Source: a virus
Virus record (IMG/VR): IMGVR_UViG_3300025810_000004
Span: 64,001 to 128,000 of that record
Direction: 5' to 3' (one strand)
Length of the DNA: 64,000 nt
Position numbers and translations under genes: made by a program. Under the pieces are notes generated by a model that was not told where the DNA came from, did no database searches, and worked only from the letters and a program-made list of their open reading frames with translations. Of the stretch, positions 10,374-18,107 are shown piece by piece; position 1 is the first letter of the stretch, and every line of letters begins with the position of its first letter.

Positions 10374-10568
10374 ATGGAAAACGAGTTCACTTTTGTCGAG
10401 GTCATCGACTCCATGATCGCAAAGCTCCAGGAGGCCAAGACGGACGCCGCCAAGTGCGACGGCGGTCAGGCCGGAAACCCCGGTACTCGCGTCCGGAAGG
10501 CCATGGCCGAGGTCCGGGAAACCGCTGGTCAGATCCGCAAAGACATCCTTGCTGCTCGCAAGGGCTGA
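10374..10568 (+). CDS. histone H1-like (Hc1-family) small DNA-binding protein
   Basis: DAAKCDGGQAGNPGTRVRKAMAEV...IRKDI resembles the D..K...GN..AGTRxRK pattern of short Hc1-like proteins. Confidence 0.65.
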   Translation: MENEFTFVEVIDSMIAKLQEAKTDAAKCDGGQAGNPGTRVRKAMAEVRETAGQIRKDILAARKG

Positions 10569-10576
10569 GCTTCGCA

Positions 10577-10595
10577 TCCTCCACGATACGGAGGA
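10577..10595 (+). terminator. hairpin between convergent genes
   Basis: tcctcc-acgatac-ggagga stem-loop right after the 10568 stop. Confidence 0.35.
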
Positions 10596-10616
10596 CTAAC
10601 GGGGGGAGCGGGAAGT

Positions 10617-11255
10617 CTACTTCTTGCTTCCCCCGCCCTGTATAAGGGCTTTGGCTTCAGCCAGTCTCTCTGCTGTGTTTGCCCTGGACTTGGCCTCTCC
10701 CTCTCGTATCTTTCTCAGGTCTCTTTTTTCCGAGCCTGAGAACCTGTTGTTGCCCGTGAGGGTCAACTGCTCGGTGTCCCTGTCTATCCACCGAGAGGTA
10801 AGACCAGTCGCCCCCGGCTTTATCGCCTTCACGACCTTTGGGTCCATGGCCAGAACAGCTATGTCCCACACCATATCGAAGAAAACACCGTCTGCCACCT
10901 GTATTGGCTTCCCATCGTAGACGGTCGGCTGTCTTTCCGAGAACAGCTTCATGCCTGCCCCGGTCTGCAGCTCCAGGTCTATGAAGTGGAGCGGGGTCGG
11001 GACTTCTGGTCTGTCGAACGACAAGCGGAAGGCTAAGGCTATCCTGAGGTCCCCGAACTTCACCTTCAGATTCTGGGCTTCCCCGTATCCCTTCACCACA
11101 ACTTTGAGGTCTTGGGCGTTGACGAGTCGGCTTATGACTTCCTGCTCGTCTTCTGACATTGGGGTGTAGGCAGAACCCTTCCTGCCCCCGAATCTGTTCT
11201 TTTCCATTACACGTCCTCTTTTACGTAGCAAGCTCTTGGGCGGCCCTTTTTCCAT
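10617..11255 (-). CDS. hypothetical protein
   Basis: About 200-aa ORF in a minus-strand operon; true start probably near 11207. Confidence 0.7.
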   Translation of the reverse strand: MEKGPPKSLLRKRGRVMEKNRFGGRKGSAYTPMSEDEQEVISRLVNAQDLKVVVKGYGEAQNLKVKFGDLRIALAFRLSFDRPEVPTPLHFIDLELQTGAGMKLFSERQPTVYDGKPIQVADGVFFDMVWDIAVLAMDPKVVKAIKPGATGLTSRWIDRDTEQLTLTGNNRFSGSEKRDLRKIREGEAKSRANTAERLAEAKALIQGGGSKK

Positions 11256-11635
11256 CCCTTATAGAACTTTACCCTGCTCCCCTTTATCGGGATCCACCCT
11301 TCCGATATGTCCGAGACGTGCAGATAGACTTTCGTCTGGTCCCCATACTCGCGTATGAATCCCCACCCATTTGCTGGGTCAAAGGATTCCACCACACCCG
11401 AAGCTACCACCACGGGTGAAGAGCGCTTTATCTCCTTGGCGACAGGAGAACCCCCCTCCCTGTCTTCAGTGTGACCCACAGATACTATTTCCCCAGATAC
11501 GGGCATGGGGAAGTCTGGTCCCCTTCTAAAGAAGTGCTCCCCTCTAAAGAAGTACCTCTTGCCCGATTCGTCTTCTACGAATCCGTACCCCTTCTCTTCC
11601 AGATAGAAGTCTACATAGTATGTCATGCACTTCAC
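11207..11635 (-). CDS. double cold-shock-domain protein
   Basis: Two RNP1/RNP2 sets: KGYGFV..YFFRGEHF and NGWGFI..VYLHVSDI. Confidence 0.85.
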   Translation of the reverse strand: MKCMTYYVDFYLEEKGYGFVEDESGKRYFFRGEHFFRRGPDFPMPVSGEIVSVGHTEDREGGSPVAKEIKRSSPVVVASGVVESFDPANGWGFIREYGDQTKVYLHVSDISEGWIPIKGSRVKFYKGWKKGRPRACYVKEDV

Positions 11636-11666
11636 TCTGGCAGGTTGAAGGAATGGTACAGGTACC

Positions 11667-11996
11667 TTAGGAATTGATCTCTGCGAGAATGTCCGACTTG
11701 GTCATGCCGGACTTCACCTCTATGCCCATAGACTCGGCTGCTGCGACGAGTTCGGCCTTCGTGTTGTCCATGGACCAAGAGACCTCTTCTTCGGGCTCAG
11801 GGGTGGGCTCAGGGGCGGGGGCCGGAGCAGGCTCCGGTGCGGGTGCCGGGGCAGGGGTGGGTGCAGGCTCAGGAGCCGGGGCTGCAGCCAGAGCCGCGTT
11901 TGCAGCAAGACGGCGTTCCTCTTGCTTCCGCAACAGCATCTTCCGCTTGTTTACTTTTCCGCCTCTTCCGGCCAGTGCTTTGGATACCTTTGTCAT
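11667..11996 (-). CDS. Pro/Ala-linker protein with C-terminal Rho-N/HeH-like domain
   Basis: Basic N-terminus, (AP/EP)n linker, TKAELVAAAESMGIEVKSGMTKSDILAEI. Confidence 0.7.
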   Translation of the reverse strand: MTKVSKALAGRGGKVNKRKMLLRKQEERRLAANAALAAAPAPEPAPTPAPAPAPEPAPAPAPEPTPEPEEEVSWSMDNTKAELVAAAESMGIEVKSGMTKSDILAEINS

Positions 11997-11997
11997 T

Positions 11998-12348
11998 TCA
12001 CTCTCCTCTACGGGGGTTTACCTGTTTGGCTTGGATGTAGTCGTAGTAATCTTGGTGGGAAATTATGGGCTTGAAAGCCCTGGGATGCTTCTTCATCAAG
12101 TTTCGAATTCTGGTCTGGCTCGCCTCGTCCAGTTGTGGCAATAACCTCAACAGGTCCTTCTGGGCGATCTTCGAAGTCTGTACCGAAAACAGTATGAACT
12201 CGTCTTCAAGGACTGCAGGGTTCTCCTTGTCCTTTATGGTTTGAATTCTACCATCCGGAAGTTCCACTTTCGAACTCTCGGATCCAACCAAACCGTTTTT
12301 TTGACCGAAAGTCCAGAATCCGAAATTAGGCATGATGCTTCCCCACAC
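11998..12348 (-). CDS. hypothetical protein
   Basis: ORF preceded by the promoter motif at 12359-12373. Confidence 0.6.
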   Translation of the reverse strand: MWGSIMPNFGFWTFGQKNGLVGSESSKVELPDGRIQTIKDKENPAVLEDEFILFSVQTSKIAQKDLLRLLPQLDEASQTRIRNLMKKHPRAFKPIISHQDYYDYIQAKQVNPRRGE

Positions 12349-12417
12349 ATCACACGTGATAAAAGACTCAACGCGTTAGGAGTTTCATAACTTTCCTTCC
12401 AATAGGAAGGTACCACA

Positions 12418-12798
12418 GTGCACAAACTTACCCCGTATGTTTACAACGCCGAGGTGGTTTCCGTCTATGATGGGGACTCCATCACAGTTTTGCTCGATCT
12501 CGGCATGAAGATGACCGTGAAGGCCAGCTGCAGGCTCTTCGGTCTGGACACTCCCGAAATCCGGTCCAAGGTCGCTGGCGAAAAGGAAGTGGCAAACAAA
12601 GCCAAAGACAGAGTCAAGTCCCTTGTGCTCGGCAAGAACGTAGTCGTTCAGTCTGTACAGAAACCGGACAAATACGGACGACTGCTTGTGAAGGTCTGGA
12701 CCGAGGAAGGATTGTGCTTGAACGACTTGCTGATAGAAGAAAAGCTCGCCATAGCCTACGATGGCGGCCCCAAGATTTCTTGGGCCAACTGGCCCTGA
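12418..12798 (+). CDS. thermonuclease (SNase-like)
   Basis: VVSVYDGDSI, RLFGLDTPE, DKYGRLL. Confidence 0.92.
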   Translation: MHKLTPYVYNAEVVSVYDGDSITVLLDLGMKMTVKASCRLFGLDTPEIRSKVAGEKEVANKAKDRVKSLVLGKNVVVQSVQKPDKYGRLLVKVWTEEGLCLNDLLIEEKLAIAYDGGPKISWANWP

Positions 12799-12800
12799 CT

Positions 12801-12815
12801 CGTTAGCCCCTCTAT
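12801..12815 (+). promoter_or_regulatory. putative phage late promoter CGKTRR-N6-TAT (representative copy)
   Basis: cgttag-cccctc-tat; about 17 similarly spaced intergenic copies (see findings). Confidence 0.65.
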
Positions 12816-12846
12816 AAACTTCGTGGGATAACAAAAGGGAAAAGCG

Positions 12847-13626
12847 ATGCCTACTAACAACGACCTAAACCCCGGTTCTCCTGGCGGCGTTCAGGGATCC
12901 TCCCAGATCTACAAGTTCGGTACTTCCCCGAATACTCGCGCTGTTGTTTCCCAGCGGGTCAGGATTCTGACCCCTGCCTACGGTGGCACTGGTCTCCTCC
13001 AGATGGGGGTTCTGAGTTCCTTTGGGATCACCGACGGTCGTGGCGTTGAGGCTATCTCTGGCATCGGTTTCGGTGACCAGGTTGCCGAGCTTGTCCCCGG
13101 AATGTCGGACCCCATGACCGCTTCCATCGAGCGAGCACTTCTCTACCTGTCCAACTTGTGGCAGGCCAGCGGATACGCTGCTGGCGTTTCCGGTCCCGTT
13201 CGCGCCCTGAAGCACCACCGCTGGCCTTTCGACATCGAGCAGCAGATCGTCTTTTCCCGCATCGCTGACGCTGAGCTGACTGGTGACGGAACCGGGTCGG
13301 AGACCGGGTTCAGTGCTTCCACCGGGTCGTACGGCTCTTTGAAGTACAACGGCGCAGTCGGTGGCGGCGGGGCATACGGAAGTGGGGGTTCCCTTTCCCA
13401 CAACATTCTGATCTCGTACTACGAAGCCTGCTGGTGGACCTCCTGGAACGCCACCTTCGCCAAGGACTCCGTTGTGGTCATGGAATCCGGCGACGTTACC
13501 ATCACCGACGTCCACGACTTCGGCACCACCCAGTACGGCGAGTTCCTCGCAACGGGCAACGACCCGACCATCGGTCAGACTGGCTCGCTTATCTACAACA
13601 ACGACCTGACTCAGGGCGCTGGCTGA
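12847..13626 (+). CDS. probable tail tube protein
   Basis: Gly/beta-rich 259 aa; ELVPG..SIERALLY..PFDIE..YEACWWTSW..VVMES pattern resembles myovirus tube proteins; own promoter motif. Confidence 0.55.
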   Translation: MPTNNDLNPGSPGGVQGSSQIYKFGTSPNTRAVVSQRVRILTPAYGGTGLLQMGVLSSFGITDGRGVEAISGIGFGDQVAELVPGMSDPMTASIERALLYLSNLWQASGYAAGVSGPVRALKHHRWPFDIEQQIVFSRIADAELTGDGTGSETGFSASTGSYGSLKYNGAVGGGGAYGSGGSLSHNILISYYEACWWTSWNATFAKDSVVVMESGDVTITDVHDFGTTQYGEFLATGNDPTIGQTGSLIYNNDLTQGAG

Positions 13627-14414
13627 TGGATAAGGAGGCCGCACTCAAGGAGTGGCTGAGCTGGATGGCGCAGCCACTCTCTGTGATTCTCAAGGAGCAC
13701 AAGGACTTCATATACGGTCCTGTGAATGACCTTATGGACGAGGTCATCCGTAAGCTGGCTCCGAAGATAGTGGAATCGGTCGGTGAGCGCGAAATCGACG
13801 AGGACGTCGAAGAGTTCACCGACGGTGCCAGAGAGGGTCGATTTGAAGCCCTTCAGGGTTTCTTCAGGGACCCGGAGCGCGGCCAATCAGACGACTACTA
13901 CGCTGGGTACGAGTGGGGCTTCAGCGCTGCCCACAGCTGGGACGGCAAAGAACTGCCTTCTCAGGTGAAGCGATGGGTGGTCAAGGAGCAGATCCAAGAA
14001 TTCCAGAGTCAGGTCACCGAGAAGGTGGTGTCTGACCTCATGAAGAAGGCTTGGAGCGCTGTTTCCCCAGCCCACACTCTGAAGGTCATGGTTTCGGCTG
14101 TGAAGAAGCACGGCTGGAAGATAGGTCTTAGCTTCGCCCTGTTCGAGATAGTCGAACACACCATCCTCCCAGCGGTCATGATTAAGCTCACGGGCGACCC
14201 CGAATGGGCTGTACTCGGAACCCTCCCCATTGGGGAGATAATCTACGCTCTTGTTCTGAGGGCCATAGGCAGAGCCGACAACAAACTGGACGAGATCACG
14301 GAAGACGGACACCTCGATTGGTACGTCGAAAAGTACGGGCCAGTCCGGTTGGCCCACAGCCGTGGTTTGAACTGTGGTCGGGTTGCCCACAAGTGGGCTT
14401 CCCAAAATGTCTGA
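13626..14414 (+). CDS. hypothetical protein (C-terminal RVAHKW motif)
   Basis: Real start MDKEAALKEW overlaps the upstream TGA; two hydrophobic segments. Confidence 0.7.
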   Translation: MDKEAALKEWLSWMAQPLSVILKEHKDFIYGPVNDLMDEVIRKLAPKIVESVGEREIDEDVEEFTDGAREGRFEALQGFFRDPERGQSDDYYAGYEWGFSAAHSWDGKELPSQVKRWVVKEQIQEFQSQVTEKVVSDLMKKAWSAVSPAHTLKVMVSAVKKHGWKIGLSFALFEIVEHTILPAVMIKLTGDPEWAVLGTLPIGEIIYALVLRAIGRADNKLDEITEDGHLDWYVEKYGPVRLAHSRGLNCGRVAHKWASQNV

Positions 14415-14532
14415 ATACGCTCTGGGGTTGGTGAACCTCGGTAGAGCACCGAGAACGGCTGCTTAGCTTTGCCTAAGTTTCGGAGAACGGAGTTTATAGG
14501 TATGATACGGGTAGACCCATGAGGAGTCTTCC

Positions 14533-15762
14533 TTGTTTGCCAACCTAACAGAGTCCATAAAACGGAGAGTCATTCAAGAAGTCAGGTACTTCTGGTCCAA
14601 GGACCCTCAGTACAAGGATTCTCTGGCTCCCAACATACAAGGTCGGTTTTCGTTCCAGGAACGACCTCAACAGGCAATAGTCATAAAGGGTGGCTCCGCC
14701 AGCCCTTTCCAGTTCTCTGCGGATCACTTCCAGGGGACCGTGGTCTCGTACTGTCATCTGACCAAGGTTTACGGGCAGAACGGAACCAGCATAGAGTGGG
14801 TCAGGGAAAACGGGTTGGCCATCCGAAATAACGGGGGTGTTTTTCCTTCTCCTCCGGGGATTTACTACGTCGAAGTGAGGGAAGAAGTCGTAGAGGTCAG
14901 GGGTGTGCCCTCTGAACGGCTCGTGTTCTACGTGGACCCACTCCTTGAAGTCATAGACGAACGGGCCACGGTGCTTGAGCCTCTTTTGTACGAGGTTAGC
15001 TCTGGGTCCTTCCACCCCGGCAGTCTCAGGGTGTATGAGATGCCTGGAAACATATTGTACGAGGACGGTATAAACTACACAGCCGACCCCACCACCGGAA
15101 GGATAACGCTCGAAAGCCCGTTGTTGTCGGGCACCTACCTTTCCGTCGACTATCGATACGTCGGTACGACCGTGGGGCCCGTCCCCCTCCCTGAAAACGG
15201 TGCCGTGGACAACGTCATACCCGGTGTGGTGATGGCGTTCGGGAGAAGGGCATCCGACGGCGACATAATGGCCGTCGTGGTCGGGGACAGGAGAGAGGAA
15301 GTCGCCAACGAGTTCGGCGGCAAGTGGGAAATGAGCCTGGACCTCGACATAATGGCGAGGGACCTGTATGCACAGGGCGAAATAACCGACAGAACCCTCA
15401 TGTTCCTGTACACCGAAGCCAGAGACAGGTTTTCCCAAGAAGGTATAGAACTGACCGAAGCCAGCGCTGGCGGGGAAGCCGAAGAAGTCTACGACGAGAA
15501 CGGCGACGACTACTATTACACCTCTTCCCTCTCCATTTCCATAATGACCGATTGGTCCATACAGGTCCCCACCGGACGCAGGATCTCTCGTGTCAACACG
15601 AACACCCACCAGCAGCTTGAAGAGGTAGCTGGTATGACTGACGACGAGATTGCCGCCAGCGGCACCCCGTCGAATCTCAGGGTCTCGGACAATCTCGGTT
15701 TGTTGTCTATAAGGGACCCGTGGTACTCAGGCCGAAACAAGAACTTCGAACTTATCAAATAA
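14533..15762 (+). CDS. putative neck/tail-completion structural protein
   Basis: 409 aa; DGINYTADPTTGRITL..LSVDYRY virion beta module; context. Confidence 0.5.
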   Translation: MFANLTESIKRRVIQEVRYFWSKDPQYKDSLAPNIQGRFSFQERPQQAIVIKGGSASPFQFSADHFQGTVVSYCHLTKVYGQNGTSIEWVRENGLAIRNNGGVFPSPPGIYYVEVREEVVEVRGVPSERLVFYVDPLLEVIDERATVLEPLLYEVSSGSFHPGSLRVYEMPGNILYEDGINYTADPTTGRITLESPLLSGTYLSVDYRYVGTTVGPVPLPENGAVDNVIPGVVMAFGRRASDGDIMAVVVGDRREEVANEFGGKWEMSLDLDIMARDLYAQGEITDRTLMFLYTEARDRFSQEGIELTEASAGGEAEEVYDENGDDYYYTSSLSISIMTDWSIQVPTGRRISRVNTNTHQQLEEVAGMTDDEIAASGTPSNLRVSDNLGLLSIRDPWYSGRNKNFELIK

Positions 15763-15775
15763 CAGGAGAACAATC

Positions 15776-16600
15776 ATGCCCTCTACCATCCGAAAGGGAT
15801 CTCGCGGCAGTGACGTCATACTCTGTCAGGACAGCCTCACCAAGAAGGGGTACCCCTGCGAGGCAGATGGTACCTTTGGTTCGGGAACCGAGTCGAAGGT
15901 CAAGCAGTTCCAGGCCGCAAATGGGCTCATAGCCGATGGTATCGTGGGCAACGCCACATGGGGCAAACTCCTCGCAGAGAACCCAGCTGACGTGACCATC
16001 GCTGCTCCGTCCCCCCTCCCCCCGGTCATCGCTCACGCTCAGAGCCTCGGCTACGAGACTTGGGGTGACCCGTGGCGTCTGTTCCTGTTCGGCGTCCGCT
16101 CTTCGGTGCGGAAGGCCGACGCCTTCGACGATATGTTGGGGTGCGCCTACGTCAACGACGAGGGGCTGTGGGAAGCCCACTATTGGCCCGGTACGACGGA
16201 CCCCGGCGCGTACTACCTTGAGCACCCGATGAACAGCGCGGGCTGTGCCATCCTCGTGGCGGGGCAATACCTCGACACCTGGACCATCGACCTCCACGCT
16301 GGGAAGTACGAAGCTCTGTGCCAGAGGGCAGGGGAGGTAGAAGTCTACCGTGACCCCAGCATGGACGACAAACTGAACCTCGACCCCGGCACCATCTCCA
16401 AAGGCTTCTTCGGGATCAACCTCCACGCCGCAACCCGCACCGAGCACCAGACTTCCACTGTCGTCGGACGGTGGAGCGCAGGGTGCCAGGTCCACGCTTC
16501 GGCAGACGGGTTTGCCAAGATGATGGAGCTGGCTCACATGCAGAAGGACAAGACGGGTCTCAAGACGTTCAGCTACACCCTCATGGACAAGTGGTGGTAG
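15776..16600 (+). CDS. peptidoglycan-binding domain + L,D-transpeptidase-like cell-wall enzyme (putative endolysin)
   Basis: GSRGSDV..Q..L..DGTFG..T..VKQFQ..NGL.ADGIVG..TW (PG_binding_1); GINLH...WSAGCQV. Confidence 0.8.
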   Translation: MPSTIRKGSRGSDVILCQDSLTKKGYPCEADGTFGSGTESKVKQFQAANGLIADGIVGNATWGKLLAENPADVTIAAPSPLPPVIAHAQSLGYETWGDPWRLFLFGVRSSVRKADAFDDMLGCAYVNDEGLWEAHYWPGTTDPGAYYLEHPMNSAGCAILVAGQYLDTWTIDLHAGKYEALCQRAGEVEVYRDPSMDDKLNLDPGTISKGFFGINLHAATRTEHQTSTVVGRWSAGCQVHASADGFAKMMELAHMQKDKTGLKTFSYTLMDKWW

Positions 16601-16601
16601 A

Positions 16602-17081
16602 ATGGAAGACCCCAAGAGACAGGCTATCAGAAGAGTCATGGCCTCCGGCAAGAAGCCGGAGAGGGCCATATACTCGGCTGTCTTCTTGGAGGACCCCAAG
16701 GAACTCATGAGGTGGTGGGAGAGCAACGTCGGCAGTCCCTTGCACCCCAAGGCGTTTTCCCACCATATGACTATAAAGTACAAGCCCGACCCGGACGAGG
16801 TCACGAGTCTCCCCATAGGCTCCCCCGTGAGGCTGAAGATAGTCGGTTGGGCCGAAGACGAGCGGGGTCAAGCCGTGGTCGTGGAGCCTCACGGCGTCAG
16901 GAGTACCAACGCTATACCCCACATAACAGTGGCCACGAATGGTGCTCCCCCCTCCTACTCCAACGAGCTGTTGGAAAGAGGGTGGGACCCAGCCCGTGGT
17001 TCTCTCAGTGGCCGAGTGGGGTACAAGGGAACGAAAGGAAGCGAGGTTTTTGACCTCACCGGCACTGTGTACGACCTTTAG
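16602..17081 (+). CDS. 2H phosphoesterase (2',3'-cyclic phosphodiesterase-like)
   Basis: Two HxT motifs, HHMTI and PHITVA, followed by SNELL. Confidence 0.8.
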   Translation: MEDPKRQAIRRVMASGKKPERAIYSAVFLEDPKELMRWWESNVGSPLHPKAFSHHMTIKYKPDPDEVTSLPIGSPVRLKIVGWAEDERGQAVVVEPHGVRSTNAIPHITVATNGAPPSYSNELLERGWDPARGSLSGRVGYKGTKGSEVFDLTGTVYDL

Positions 17082-17097
17082 GACCTCGTTAGAGTGT

Positions 17098-17141
17098 TTA
17101 TTTCTCCGGTTGGGTGTTCTTTCATCCAACCGGAGAAATAA
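17098..17141 (+). promoter_or_regulatory. RBS-occluding hairpin
   Basis: 19-bp inverted repeat (one G-U) whose 3' arm contains GGAG, ending just before ATG 17144. Confidence 0.7.
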
Positions 17142-17143
17142 GT

Positions 17144-17649
17144 ATGAAGAATCTCACTGCTTCCGATCGCAAGGTCCTCATTCGACTCGCTTCTTCGCTC
17201 CCGAAGGGAGACAAGTCGCGTCGCGCCATTCTGGCTGGGCTGAGGTCTACCACGGCGAGTGCCTCAGAACTCCGGAAATTCTGCAGAAAATAGAGGCTGA
17301 CATAGACCGGGAAAACCCGGAGATCGACTACGATTACCCCAACAAGTGGTTCGACATACTTGAAGAGAACAAGAGGGCAATAGAGTCGGTTATATCGAAG
17401 TTGGGGCCTGCGGACGCCAAGAATGCCTTGAGGACCCTGAAGGAAGGGGAGAGGGACATAATCAACACTGGGTACAAGCACGCATGGAGCTTCTTGTACG
17501 CGTTGGATGCCGACGACGAAGTGGAAATGGAAATGACCCCGTTCGAAGATCAGAGGGACATCGATCGTGCCATGAAGGAAGTAGAAAATTACAAGTCCAA
17601 GGCCGAGAAGATGTTCAAGAGTTTCCAGTCTTCAATAAGTAAAAGGTAG
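17144..17649 (+). pseudogene. LTASDR-leader protein 2, -1 frameshift near 17275-17290
   Basis: MKNLTASDRKVLIRLASSLPKGDKSRRAILAGL...ELRKFCRK*; one extra A in cggaaatt joins it to ILQKIEADIDRENPE... Confidence 0.7.
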
Positions 17650-17670
17650 ACAGAAATACTCGTTAGGGTT

Positions 17671-17713
17671 TTTATGGTCCCGGTTGGATAACTTTCCCAA
17701 CCGGGACCATAAA
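17671..17713 (+). promoter_or_regulatory. start-proximal hairpin
   Basis: Perfect 17-bp inverted repeat tttatggtcccggttgg/ccaaccgggaccataaa ending just before ATG 17715. Confidence 0.7.
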
Positions 17714-17714
17714 T

Positions 17715-18062
17715 ATGAAAAACCTCACCGCATCTGACCGAAAGAACCTCATTCGCCTGGCCTCGAAGATGGAGAAGGGTTCTCCCGAGCGTCGGGCTAT
17801 CCTCGCTGGCCTCAAGAAGAATGCCGAGAGCCTCGCTGACCTTCCCGACGCTCCCATGGGATACAAGTGGGAGGACGTTTCTGACGAGTGGGGAGATACC
17901 GCTTTCACTCTGTACCGTCGCGGCCACGAGGTGGGTTCCGTCGTGGACAATGGCCGCAGCTGGTTGACCTATGTTGCCGGTGAGGAGTGGCCCATAGGTC
18001 GCGGACAGAGCGACATCTGGGACGCTGCTATCCAGCTTCTGGACTACCTCGGGCTTGCCTGA
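17715..18062 (+). CDS. LTASDR-leader protein 3 (unknown cargo)
   Basis: MKNLTASDRKNLIRLASKMEKGSPERRAILAGLKKNA. Confidence 0.85.
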   Translation: MKNLTASDRKNLIRLASKMEKGSPERRAILAGLKKNAESLADLPDAPMGYKWEDVSDEWGDTAFTLYRRGHEVGSVVDNGRSWLTYVAGEEWPIGRGQSDIWDAAIQLLDYLGLA

Positions 18063-18107
18063 GCAAGTCCCGCCATCGGGTAGGAAATTCCTATCAAGGA
18101 GCAGTAT

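Noticed and set aside
11790-11895. GC-rich repeat as a regulatory DNA element
   Set aside because: Fully explained by the Pro/Ala/Glu linker of the 11667-11996 protein
16939-17143. N-terminal part of track ORF 16939..17649
   Set aside because: It overlaps the 2H gene and the promoter/hairpin. The real start is ATG 17144 in another frame.
17144-17245. Leader as a Sec/Tat signal peptide
   Set aside because: No continuous hydrophobic h-region. The RR pair lies near the end of the leader and is not followed by a Tat-type hydrophobic stretch.
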